From Oscillospiraceae bacterium (lineage in GTDB: Bacteria; Bacillota; Clostridia; Oscillospirales; Acutalibacteraceae), in the NCBI GenBank assembly GCA_015065545.1, contig SVQA01000009.1, forward strand, positions 19,016-83,015: a stretch of 64,000 bases of DNA, in the 5' to 3' direction. A model generated the notes under the pieces. It saw only the letters and a program-made list of their open reading frames with translations, ran no database searches and was not told the DNA's origin. The position numbers were made by a program, and so were the translations under genes. This document shows, one piece after another, positions 9,098-17,672 of this stretch. How positions within the stretch are numbered: position 1 is the first letter of the stretch; every line of letters begins with the position of its first letter.

Positions 9098-9126
9098 TAG
9101 ACATTCGAGTCTTATTATGATACAAT
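9098..9126 (+). promoter_or_regulatory. SigA-type promoter of the hydrogenase operon
   Basis: TAGACA-17 nt-TGnTACAAT. Confidence 0.6.
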
Positions 9127-9206
9127 ACTTTTGTATGTAAAGTGGTGAATTGCGTATTTACCACGGCTACTTATATAATCTTATTCCACACAGGGAGGAT
9201 ATTATA

Positions 9207-9701
9207 ATGCAAAAGAAACTCAGCACACTTCCTTTTAAGGGTACACCCGAACAGGAAGCACAACTCAAAGAAGTAATCAAAGCTCATTTGGACGATCCCG
9301 GTGCAGTTATGCCCGTACTCCAGAAAGCACAGGACATCTACGGTTATCTGCCCATTGAGGTTCAGGCTATGATCGCAGAGGGTCTCAATGTTCCAATGGA
9401 AGAGGTATATGGTGTTTCCACCTTCTACTCTCAGTTCTCTCTCACTCCCAAGGGTGAGTACACAATCTCTGTTTGTCTTGGTACAGCTTGCTACGTTAAG
9501 GGCTCCGGCGACATCTTCGACAAGCTCTCCGAGCGTCTCGGCATCGGCTCCGAGGAATGCACAGAGGACGGTAAGTTCTCTCTTACTGCTTGCCGTTGCA
9601 TCGGTGCTTGCGGTCTTGCTCCCGTTCTTACAATCAACGAGGAAGTTTACGGCAGACTTACAGTTGACGATGTTGACGACATCCTTGCCAAGTACCTCTG
9701 A
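9207..9701 (+). CDS. hndA: NuoE-like [2Fe-2S] subunit of multimeric [FeFe]-hydrogenase (HndA/HydC)
   Basis: VCLGTACYVKG and CRCIGACGLAP Cys motifs; GGGAGG RBS before ATG 9207. Confidence 0.9.
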   Translation: MQKKLSTLPFKGTPEQEAQLKEVIKAHLDDPGAVMPVLQKAQDIYGYLPIEVQAMIAEGLNVPMEEVYGVSTFYSQFSLTPKGEYTISVCLGTACYVKGSGDIFDKLSERLGIGSEECTEDGKFSLTACRCIGACGLAPVLTINEEVYGRLTVDDVDDILAKYL

Positions 9702-9749
9702 TAACATTTTTATTCAACCCTTATATTCTTACAAAGGGGAAGTTAACCT

Positions 9750-10103
9750 ATGAAAATCAGCACAATGAAAGAACTGCTTGAGGCTGACATCGTTTGCTGC
9801 GAGGAGCTCCTTGACAGCCACGTGTACTCTGCCTGTGGCAGTGATATGATGAGCGACGTGCTTGCTTTTGTAAAAGATCAGGCAGTGCTCCTCACAGGTC
9901 TTGTTAATTCACAGGTCATCCGTACAGCAGAAATGATGGATATGATCTGTATTGTTCTGGTGCGTTCCAAGCTGCCCACACCGGAAATGATAGAACTTGC
10001 AAAGGAAAGCGGTATCGCTATCCTTACCAGTAAAAAAAGAATGTATGACGCCTGCGGTATTCTTTATACCAACGGTCTTGTAGGTAACAAACTCAAGGCA
10101 TGA
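9750..10103 (+). CDS. DRTGG-domain protein
   Basis: ACGSDMMSDVLA, LLTGL, short DRTGG-like fold; within hydrogenase operon. Confidence 0.8.
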   Translation: MKISTMKELLEADIVCCEELLDSHVYSACGSDMMSDVLAFVKDQAVLLTGLVNSQVIRTAEMMDMICIVLVRSKLPTPEMIELAKESGIAILTSKKRMYDACGILYTNGLVGNKLKA

Positions 10104-10525
10104 ACGATCAGGTAGTTTTTACATTCGATGTAGACGGGGACGACTTTACCTCTGCCGGACACGCTTCCATGCAGGTAAAGAAAAATTTAAGACAGCTTGG
10201 TATTGACCCCGACATCATCAGACGCGTTTCCATTGCTATGTACGAAGGCGAAATCAATATGGTAATCCATGCCAGAGGCGGTGTTGCCACGGTTTCGGTT
10301 TCTGAAGAATACATTGAAATCATCCTTAAAGATGAAGGTCCCGGTATCAAAGATATCGAGCAGGCAATGCAAGAGGGTTTCTCAACCGCTCCCGACAACA
10401 TCCGTACTCTCGGATTCGGTGCAGGTATGGGTCTTCCTAATATGAAACGTTACACCGACTATATGCACATTGACTCCACCGTGGATGTGGGCACCACAAT
10501 CACAATGAGAGTTAATCTTCAGTAA
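10100..10525 (+). CDS. RsbT/anti-sigma-factor-like Ser/Thr kinase (HATPase_c)
   Basis: EGEINMVIH, DEGPGI, GFST, GAGMGLPNMK GHKL boxes. Confidence 0.88.
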   Translation: MNDQVVFTFDVDGDDFTSAGHASMQVKKNLRQLGIDPDIIRRVSIAMYEGEINMVIHARGGVATVSVSEEYIEIILKDEGPGIKDIEQAMQEGFSTAPDNIRTLGFGAGMGLPNMKRYTDYMHIDSTVDVGTTITMRVNLQ

Positions 10526-10563
10526 TTTGCACTCAACTTATAAAGAAAGGCAGGTGCACACCT

Positions 10564-11859
10564 TTGGATAATTATGAACATTCAGTTTTTCTTGATGTAA
10601 AAAAATGCATAGGCTGTACAACCTGTCTGCGGCATTGTCCCACTCAGGCAATCCGTATCAAAGACGGACACGCTGTAATAAATCAAGGACGATGCATTGA
10701 TTGCGGCGAGTGTATTAAAACATGTCCTAAAAAAGCAAAGAAGGCGGTTTGCAACAAGCTCTCCGACCTTGACAGCTTTAAGTGGAAAATTGCTTTACCT
10801 GCCCCTACCCTTTACGGTCAGTTCGAGAATATGGAGAATGCCGACTACATTATAGAAGGTCTCATTAAGCTCGGCTTTGACGATGTGGTTGAGGTAGCCA
10901 CAGCAGCAGAGATTGTTTCTGCTTACACAAGGCTTTACCTTAAAGACCCTTCTGTTAAAAAGCCTGTTATCTCTTCTGCTTGTCCTGTTGTAATGCGACT
11001 TATCGCTTTGAGATTCCCATCTCTTACAGATAACATTATGCCGATGCTTCCTCCTATGGAGATTGCGGCTATGATGGCAAGGGACAAAGCAAAGAAAGAG
11101 CATCCCGAGCTTTCTGACGATGACATAGGAGTTTGCTTTATCTCTCCTTGTCCTGCAAAGGCAAGCTATGTAAAAAACGGTTTCGGCAGTTATAAAAGCA
11201 AGGTTGACATTGTTGTTTCCATAAGCGACATTTACTTTGAGCTTGTAAATGCCATGGAGCACACTGAAAACATAAGACCTATCTCCCAGTCCGGCAAAAT
11301 CGGTATCGGTTGGGCTTCTTCAGGCGGCGAATCTACCGCTCTGCTCAACGACTCGTATCTTGCAGCTGACGGTATTGAGAATGTCAACCACATTCTTGAC
11401 CAGATAGAAAACGATACCATCCCTCCTCTTGAGTTTATCGAGCTCAATGCTTGTACAGGCGGTTGCGTAGGCGGAGTTCTTACAATGCAGAATCCCTTTA
11501 TCGCAAAGGCAAAGCTCCAGACTCTCAGACGTTACCTGCCGGTATCCCAGAACTTTCTCTCAAAAGAGCAATTACAGTCTATCCCCGAGGAATTTTTCTT
11601 TGAAGATATGCCTACCTACTATCCCATCTCCAGACTCAGCCCCAGTATGAGCGAGTCTATGAGAATGATGGCAGAAATTCAGGAGCTTCGAAAGAACCTT
11701 CCCGGTATAGATTGCGGTGCCTGCGGTGCTCCAACCTGCAGAGCCTTTGCAGAGGATGTTGTAAAGGGTACAGCGAGTATGAGGGATTGTACAATTCTGT
11801 ATCGAGATGAGCTTAATAAATTTTTAGATAACAAAGGAGAAGCCGATGACTGTAAATGA
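10564..11859 (+). CDS. Group D-like (putative sensory) [FeFe]-hydrogenase: 2x[4Fe-4S], H-domain, C-terminal FeS domain
   Basis: CIGCTTC/CIDCGEC ferredoxin, variant H-cluster motifs SSACP, SPCPAK, ELNACTGGCVGG, C-terminal DCGACGAPTC...C. Confidence 0.85.
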   Translation: MDNYEHSVFLDVKKCIGCTTCLRHCPTQAIRIKDGHAVINQGRCIDCGECIKTCPKKAKKAVCNKLSDLDSFKWKIALPAPTLYGQFENMENADYIIEGLIKLGFDDVVEVATAAEIVSAYTRLYLKDPSVKKPVISSACPVVMRLIALRFPSLTDNIMPMLPPMEIAAMMARDKAKKEHPELSDDDIGVCFISPCPAKASYVKNGFGSYKSKVDIVVSISDIYFELVNAMEHTENIRPISQSGKIGIGWASSGGESTALLNDSYLAADGIENVNHILDQIENDTIPPLEFIELNACTGGCVGGVLTMQNPFIAKAKLQTLRRYLPVSQNFLSKEQLQSIPEEFFFEDMPTYYPISRLSPSMSESMRMMAEIQELRKNLPGIDCGACGAPTCRAFAEDVVKGTASMRDCTILYRDELNKFLDNKGEADDCK

Positions 11860-12172
11860 TTTATGCAATATCGATGGGTTTTCTCCTGTTTCTCTGCCTG
11901 ACGGCGACAGAGAAATAAACGGTGTGTATATCGGAGATTTACTCAGTTGGGTTATGGGCAAAGCAAGGAGCGACAATGCCTGGATTACAATTATGTCCAA
12001 CATAAACACTCTGGCGGTTGCCACACTCACTGATGTGTCTTGCATCATTCTTGCAGAAGGTGTTACCCTTGAAGATAACATCCGAACTGCTGCAGAAAGC
12101 AAGGGCATCAACGTTATCTCCTCAAGATATTCCGCTTACGATACAGCACTTATACTTAATAAAGCATTATAA
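11846..12172 (+). CDS. DRTGG-domain protein
   Basis: YIGDLLSWVMG, WITIMSNIN; paralog-like to 9750..10103. Confidence 0.8.
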   Translation: MTVNDLCNIDGFSPVSLPDGDREINGVYIGDLLSWVMGKARSDNAWITIMSNINTLAVATLTDVSCIILAEGVTLEDNIRTAAESKGINVISSRYSAYDTALILNKAL

Positions 12173-12174
12173 AT

Positions 12175-12900
12175 ATGAATAAGTATTACTACGATTTTCA
12201 TATTCACTCCTGTCTTTCGCCCTGCGCTGATAACGACAACACTCCAAACAACATTGCAGGTATGGCTACCCTTTGCGGACTTAATGTTGTAGGACTTACA
12301 GACCACAACACCTGTCGCAACTGTCCCGGCTTCTTCGAGGCAGCAAAGAAACAAGGTATCATACCGATTGCAGGAATGGAACTTACCACATCCGAGGACA
12401 TTCACATCATCTTCCTTTTTGAAAAACTTGAGGATGCTATGGAATTCTCTGAAGAAGTTAACACAAGACGAATTCTCTTCCCGAATCGCGTCGATGTTTA
12501 TGGTGAGCAATATGTAATGGATGGTAACGACGAGGTTGTGGACACAGACCCCTACCTCCTATCAAATGCCACTACAATTTCCGTTGACGAGTGTCCCGCT
12601 CTTGCAGAAAGGTTTAATGGTATCTGCTACCCTGCCCACGTGGACAGGCAAGCAAACGGTATTATTGCCACTTTGGGTATATTCCCTGATATACAAGGAT
12701 TTAAATGCTGTGAATTTCACGACGCAGAAAAGATAGACGAGTATCTTAATAATCATCCCATCGGCGACAGACACATTATTGTTTCAAGCGACGCCCACTT
12801 CCTCTGGGATATGCGGGATGAAAATAAATACTTTATAATAGACGACGAACCTTACAGCTCTGACCTTGTAAGGAAGCGTATTTTCGAAAAGCTGAGGTGA
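12175..12900 (+). CDS. PHP-domain phosphoesterase
   Basis: DFHIHS, LTDHN, GMELTT, PAHVDR, SSDAH metal-binding motifs. Confidence 0.9.
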   Translation: MNKYYYDFHIHSCLSPCADNDNTPNNIAGMATLCGLNVVGLTDHNTCRNCPGFFEAAKKQGIIPIAGMELTTSEDIHIIFLFEKLEDAMEFSEEVNTRRILFPNRVDVYGEQYVMDGNDEVVDTDPYLLSNATTISVDECPALAERFNGICYPAHVDRQANGIIATLGIFPDIQGFKCCEFHDAEKIDEYLNNHPIGDRHIIVSSDAHFLWDMRDENKYFIIDDEPYSSDLVRKRIFEKLR

Positions 12901-12904
12901 TGCT

Positions 12905-13468
12905 ATGAAGGAAATTTCACTCAACATTTTGGACATAGCAAAAAACTCAACAAAAGCAGGTGCTACCCTAACCCAAATCACTATTGATGAAACCGAGAAC
13001 ACACTCACACTCATCATTGAAGATAACGGTTGCGGTATGACCGAAGAACAGGTAAAAAGTGTATGTGACCCCTTCTTTACCTCCCGTACAACCCGAAAGG
13101 TCGGTATGGGTATTCCGCTTTTAAAGCTCTCTGCAGAGCAGACCGAGGGAAGCTTTGAGATTGTGTCAAAAGCACAGTCTGAGCATCCTGAGGACCACGG
13201 CACAAAGGTCACAGCGGTTTTTAACAAAAACCACATCGACTACACCCCCTTGGGTGATGTTGTCTTCTCTGTCACAACTCTTATTCAAGGCGACCCGGAT
13301 AAAGATTTTCTTTATATCCACCGAACTTCAAACGGTGAGGTAACGTTAGATACAAGAGAACTGAGAAGGGAACTCGGCGAGGATATTCCTCTCTCCACCT
13401 ACGAGGTCATAGTGTGGATAGGCGAATACTTAAAAGAACAGTATGAAACCATAAACTATAATTCGTAG
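12905..13468 (+). CDS. Stand-alone histidine-kinase-like ATPase (HATPase_c)
   Basis: DIAKNS, EDNGCGM, DPFFTSR, GMGIPL, GTKV boxes; no HisKA segment visible. Confidence 0.85.
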   Translation: MKEISLNILDIAKNSTKAGATLTQITIDETENTLTLIIEDNGCGMTEEQVKSVCDPFFTSRTTRKVGMGIPLLKLSAEQTEGSFEIVSKAQSEHPEDHGTKVTAVFNKNHIDYTPLGDVVFSVTTLIQGDPDKDFLYIHRTSNGEVTLDTRELRRELGEDIPLSTYEVIVWIGEYLKEQYETINYNS

Positions 13469-13545
13469 GGGACATTCACGAATGTCCCGCGGACGGTTCA
13501 CAAACCGCCCCTACAATACGGGAGGGCACCGAGATCCTCCCCTAC
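13465..13545. repeat. Cluster of three GTAG-family REP-like palindromes
   Basis: GTAGGGGACATTCACGAATGTCCC; inverted GGACGGTTCACAAACCGCCCCTAC; GGGAGGGCACCGAGATCCTCCCCTAC. Confidence 0.75.
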
Positions 13546-13630
13546 AAACTCTTCTCCCTAAAGAGAAGATAACAAACAAGGAATTAACAAACAATTAATT
13601 TATATTTTATATTCAGAAAGGAAAATAAAT

Positions 13631-14002
13631 ATGAAGTCATTAGCAGAACTCCAGGCAATCAAAGCAAAAATGCAGAACAAAGTTGCTCTGCGTGAAGGTT
13701 CAGGCGAGATGAGAGTTGTAGTCGGTATGGCTACCTGCGGTATCGCAGCAGGTGCTCGTCCCGTTCTCTCCACCTTTGTTGAAGAGGTTGCAAAAGCTGA
13801 CCTTTCATCAAAGGTTACAGTTTCTCAGACAGGTTGCATCGGCATCTGTCAGTTCGAGCCCGTTGTTGAGGTTTACGAGGCAGACAAAGAGAAGGTTACT
13901 TATGTAAAAATGACTCCCGAAAAAGCTAAGAGAGTTATCGAGGAGCATATCAAAGGCGGCAAGGTTGTAGCAGAATACACCTTTGCAAGCGAAAACGCAT
14001 AA
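13631..14002 (+). CDS. hndB: Thioredoxin-like [2Fe-2S] ferredoxin subunit (HndB/HydD)
   Basis: GMATCGIAAGA and QTGCIGICQFEP motifs. Confidence 0.88.
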   Translation: MKSLAELQAIKAKMQNKVALREGSGEMRVVVGMATCGIAAGARPVLSTFVEEVAKADLSSKVTVSQTGCIGICQFEPVVEVYEADKEKVTYVKMTPEKAKRVIEEHIKGGKVVAEYTFASENA

Positions 14003-14018
14003 TCGGAGGTAAGGATTT

Positions 14019-15815
14019 ATGATTCGTTCACATGTTCTGATCTGCGGTGGTACCGGTTGTACATCTTCAGGCTCACTTAAAATTCAGGATGAATTTGTAA
14101 GATGCCTTGAAGCAAACGGTCTCACCGAAGAAGTAAAAATTGTACAGACCGGTTGCTTCGGTCTCTGTGCACTCGGTCCTGTTGTTATTATTCATCCCGA
14201 AGGCACATTCTACAGCCGTGTTGAACCCACAGATGTTGAGGAAATTGTTACAGAGCATCTCCTCAAGGGTAGAGTTGTAGAGCGTCTTGTATATGCTGAC
14301 ACAGGCGAAGAAGCAAAGGAGATTGCTAATGTTTCTCTTAACGACACAGCATTCTACAAGACTCAGCAGCGTGTAGTTCTTCGTAACTGTGGTGTTATCG
14401 ATCCCGAGGACATCAACGAGTACATTGCTATGGACGGTTATGCCGCTCTCGGTAAGGTTCTCACAGAGATGACTCCTGAAGAGGTTATTCAGGTTGTTAC
14501 AGATTCCGGTCTCCGCGGTCGTGGCGGCGGCGGCTTCCCCACAGGTAGAAAGTGGGCTCTCACAGCTCCCAACAAGGCTCCTCAGAAGTACGTTGTTTGT
14601 AACGCTGACGAAGGTGACCCCGGTGCATTCATGGACCGTTCCGTTCTTGAAGGCGATCCCCACTGTATCATTGAAGCTATGGCTATCGCAGGCTATGCTA
14701 TCGGTGCTACAAAGGGTTATGTATATGTTCGTGCAGAATATCCCATTGCTGTAAGACGTCTCCAGCTTGCTATCGATCAGGCTAAGGAACTTGGTCTTCT
14801 CGGCAAGGACATCTTCGGCTCAGGCTTTGACTTTGACCTTGAGATCCGTCTTGGTGCAGGTGCTTTCGTTTGCGGTGAGGAAACTGCTCTTATGACATCT
14901 ATCGAGGGTAACCGTGGTGAGCCTCGTCCCCGTCCTCCCTATCCTGCAGTTAAGGGTCTTTACAATTCTCCCACAGTTGAGAACAACGTAGAGACATTTG
15001 CAAATATTCCCCAGATCATCCTCAAGGGTGCAGATTGGTTTGCATCTATGGGTACAGAAAAGAGTAAGGGTACTAAGGTATTCGCACTCGGCGGTAAGAT
15101 TGAGCACACAGGTCTTGTTGAAATTCCTATGGGCACTACTGTTCGCGACATCGTTTACGAAATCGGCGGAGGTATTCCCGGCGGCAAGAAGTTCAAAGCT
15201 GCTCAGACAGGTGGTCCTTCCGGCGGCTGTATCCCCGCTCGTCTTATCGATACTCCCGTTGACTACGATAACCTTACAGCTATCGGCTGTATGATGGGTT
15301 CAGGCGGTCTTATCGTTATGGACGAAGACACCTGTATGGTAGATATGGCTAAGTTCTTCCTTGAGTTCACAGTTGACGAATCCTGCGGTAAGTGTACTCC
15401 CTGCCGTATCGGTACAAAGAGACTTCTTGAGATGCTCGACCAGATCGTTTCCGGCAACGGTACTCTGGAGCTTATCGACGAGATGGAGAAGCTCTGCTAC
15501 TACATCAAGGACAACGCACTCTGCGGTCTTGGCCAGACAGCTCCCAACCCTGTTCTTTCTACTCTTAACTTCTTCCGCGATGAGTATATTGCTCACGTTG
15601 TTGACAAGAAGTGTCCTGCAGGCGTATGTAAGTCCCTCACCAGCTACAAGATTGTTGCTGACAAGTGTAAGGGCTGTACCGCTTGTGCAAGAGTATGTCC
15701 TGTTGGTGCTATTTCCGGTAAGGTTAAAGAAGCTCATGTAATAGACACAACCAAGTGTATCAAGTGCGGCGCTTGTATGGAAAAATGTAAGTTCGGCGCA
15801 ATTGTTAAAGAATAA
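14019..15815 (+). CDS. hndC: NuoF-like flavin/NAD(P)H-binding subunit (HndC/HydB)
   Basis: GRGGGGFPTG, NADEGDPG, GAFVCGEETAL, ESCGKCTPCRIG, C-terminal 2x[4Fe-4S]. Confidence 0.95.
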   Translation: MIRSHVLICGGTGCTSSGSLKIQDEFVRCLEANGLTEEVKIVQTGCFGLCALGPVVIIHPEGTFYSRVEPTDVEEIVTEHLLKGRVVERLVYADTGEEAKEIANVSLNDTAFYKTQQRVVLRNCGVIDPEDINEYIAMDGYAALGKVLTEMTPEEVIQVVTDSGLRGRGGGGFPTGRKWALTAPNKAPQKYVVCNADEGDPGAFMDRSVLEGDPHCIIEAMAIAGYAIGATKGYVYVRAEYPIAVRRLQLAIDQAKELGLLGKDIFGSGFDFDLEIRLGAGAFVCGEETALMTSIEGNRGEPRPRPPYPAVKGLYNSPTVENNVETFANIPQIILKGADWFASMGTEKSKGTKVFALGGKIEHTGLVEIPMGTTVRDIVYEIGGGIPGGKKFKAAQTGGPSGGCIPARLIDTPVDYDNLTAIGCMMGSGGLIVMDEDTCMVDMAKFFLEFTVDESCGKCTPCRIGTKRLLEMLDQIVSGNGTLELIDEMEKLCYYIKDNALCGLGQTAPNPVLSTLNFFRDEYIAHVVDKKCPAGVCKSLTSYKIVADKCKGCTACARVCPVGAISGKVKEAHVIDTTKCIKCGACMEKCKFGAIVKE

Positions 15816-15833
15816 GAGAGAGGAGAAATACTT

Positions 15834-17573
15834 ATGGAAATGATAAACATTAAAATCAATGGTATGCCTTTCTCTGTTGAGAAGAACACAACCATTCTTG
15901 ATGCTTGCCGTCAGTTCGGCATTAAAATCCCCACACTCTGCTTCCTTCGCGATATAAACGAAATCGGCGCTTGCCGTATGTGTGTAGTAGAGGTTAAGGG
16001 GGCAAGAAGCCTTGTTGCTGCTTGCGTATATCCCATTGACAGAGAGGGCACAGAAATCTTCACAAACACTCCCAAAGTTCAGGAGGCAAGAAGAACTACT
16101 CTGGAGCTTATCCTCTCCAACCACGACAAGAAGTGTCTCTCCTGCCCCAGAAGCAACAACTGTGAGCTTCAGCAGCTTTGTAAGGAGTATGGTGTTGACG
16201 AGTCTAAGTTCGAGGGTGCAAATCCTGTTCAGCCCATCGACACATCTACAGCACATCTTATTCGTAACAACAACAAATGTATCCTCTGCCGTCGCTGCGT
16301 AGCTGCTTGTAAAGAACAGCACGTTGGCGTTATCGGTCCTAACCACAGAGGTTTTGACTCTACTATCGGCTGTGCATTTGACCAGGAGCTTGGCGCTGTT
16401 GCTTGTGTATCCTGCGGTCAGTGTACTGTAGTATGTCCCACAGGTGCTCTCATTGTTAAGAACGAGACAGATAAAGTCTTCGAGGCAATTGCTGATCCCG
16501 AGAAGGTAGTTATCGTTCAGACTGCTCCTGCAGTAAGAGCTGCTATCGGCGAAGAATTCGGTATGCCTATCGGCACAAATGCAGAGGGCAAGATGGTTGC
16601 TTCTCTTAAGCGTCTCGGTTTTGACAAGGTATTCGACACCAACTTCGGTGCTGACCTTACAATCCTCGAGGAAGGCACAGAGTTCCTCGACAGAGTAAAG
16701 AACGGCGGCGTTCTTCCTATGATTACTTCCTGCTCACCCGGCTGGATCAAGTTCTGTGAGCACTACTATCCCGACCTTCTCCCCAACCTCTCTACCTGTA
16801 AGTCTCCTCAGCAGATGACAGGTGCTATCATCAAGAGCTACTACGCAGAGAAAGAGGGCATCGATCCTAAGAACATCGTTTCTGTTTCTGTAATGCCCTG
16901 TACTGCTAAGAAGTTTGAGCATAAGAGAGATAACGAAGGTCATGATGGTATTGCAGATGTAGATATCGTAATCACAACAAGAGAGCTTGCTGATATGATT
17001 AAGGTTGCAGGTCTTGACTTTGTAAATCTTCCCGACGAAGAGTACGATCCTGCTCTTGGTATCTTCACAGGTGCTGCTGTTATCTTCGGTGCTACCGGCG
17101 GTGTTATGGAAGCTGCACTTCGTACTGTTGCAGACAAGCTCACAGGCGAAGACCTCAAGCAGATTGACTACACAGAGGTTCGTGGTACAGACGCTATCAA
17201 GTACGCTACCTATGACGTTGCAGGTATGCAGGTTAAGGTTGCTGTTACTTCCGGTCTCTCCAACGCTGCAAAGCTCCTCGACGATATCCGTGCAGGCAAG
17301 GCTGACTATCAGTTTGTTGAGATCATGTGCTGTCCCGGCGGTTGCGTAAACGGCGGCGGTCAGCCTGTAGTTCCTGCTTCTGTTCGTAACTTCATTGACA
17401 TCAAGAAGGAGCGTGCAAAGGTTCTCTATGCTGAGGACGCAGGTCTTCCCATGAGAAAATCTCACGAGTCTCCCATTGTTAAGAAACTCTATGAAGAGTA
17501 TCTTGGTGAGCCCGGCAGCCACAAGGCACACGAGCTCCTCCACACAACTTATGTTGAGAGAAAGAAGTATTGA
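15834..17573 (+). CDS. hndD: Group A catalytic [FeFe]-hydrogenase subunit (HndD/HydA)
   Basis: H-cluster motifs TSCSPGW, MPCTAKKFE, EIMCCPGGCVNGGGQP; N-terminal 2Fe-2S, His-ligated and 2x 4Fe-4S clusters. Confidence 0.96.
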   Translation: MEMINIKINGMPFSVEKNTTILDACRQFGIKIPTLCFLRDINEIGACRMCVVEVKGARSLVAACVYPIDREGTEIFTNTPKVQEARRTTLELILSNHDKKCLSCPRSNNCELQQLCKEYGVDESKFEGANPVQPIDTSTAHLIRNNNKCILCRRCVAACKEQHVGVIGPNHRGFDSTIGCAFDQELGAVACVSCGQCTVVCPTGALIVKNETDKVFEAIADPEKVVIVQTAPAVRAAIGEEFGMPIGTNAEGKMVASLKRLGFDKVFDTNFGADLTILEEGTEFLDRVKNGGVLPMITSCSPGWIKFCEHYYPDLLPNLSTCKSPQQMTGAIIKSYYAEKEGIDPKNIVSVSVMPCTAKKFEHKRDNEGHDGIADVDIVITTRELADMIKVAGLDFVNLPDEEYDPALGIFTGAAVIFGATGGVMEAALRTVADKLTGEDLKQIDYTEVRGTDAIKYATYDVAGMQVKVAVTSGLSNAAKLLDDIRAGKADYQFVEIMCCPGGCVNGGGQPVVPASVRNFIDIKKERAKVLYAEDAGLPMRKSHESPIVKKLYEEYLGEPGSHKAHELLHTTYVERKKY

Positions 17574-17617
17574 TTTACTGCTTAGTCAAAACAAAATAAG
17601 TTCATAAAATATAAAGA

Positions 17618-17652
17618 AAGAGCCGATACCAGTTAAGGTATCGGCTCTTCTG
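17618..17652. terminator. Bidirectional terminator after hydrogenase operon
   Basis: aagagccgatacc-agttaa-ggtatcggctctt. Confidence 0.85.
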
Positions 17653-17672
17653 TTTACTTTTAAGTTATTATA

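Noticed and set aside
14073-17543. Long antisense ORFs (e.g. 15300..16346, 348 aa; 16734..17543, 269 aa)
   Set aside because: Shadow ORFs caused by strong codon bias of the hydrogenase genes; the same applies to antisense ORFs over the amylase, potA and pheST.
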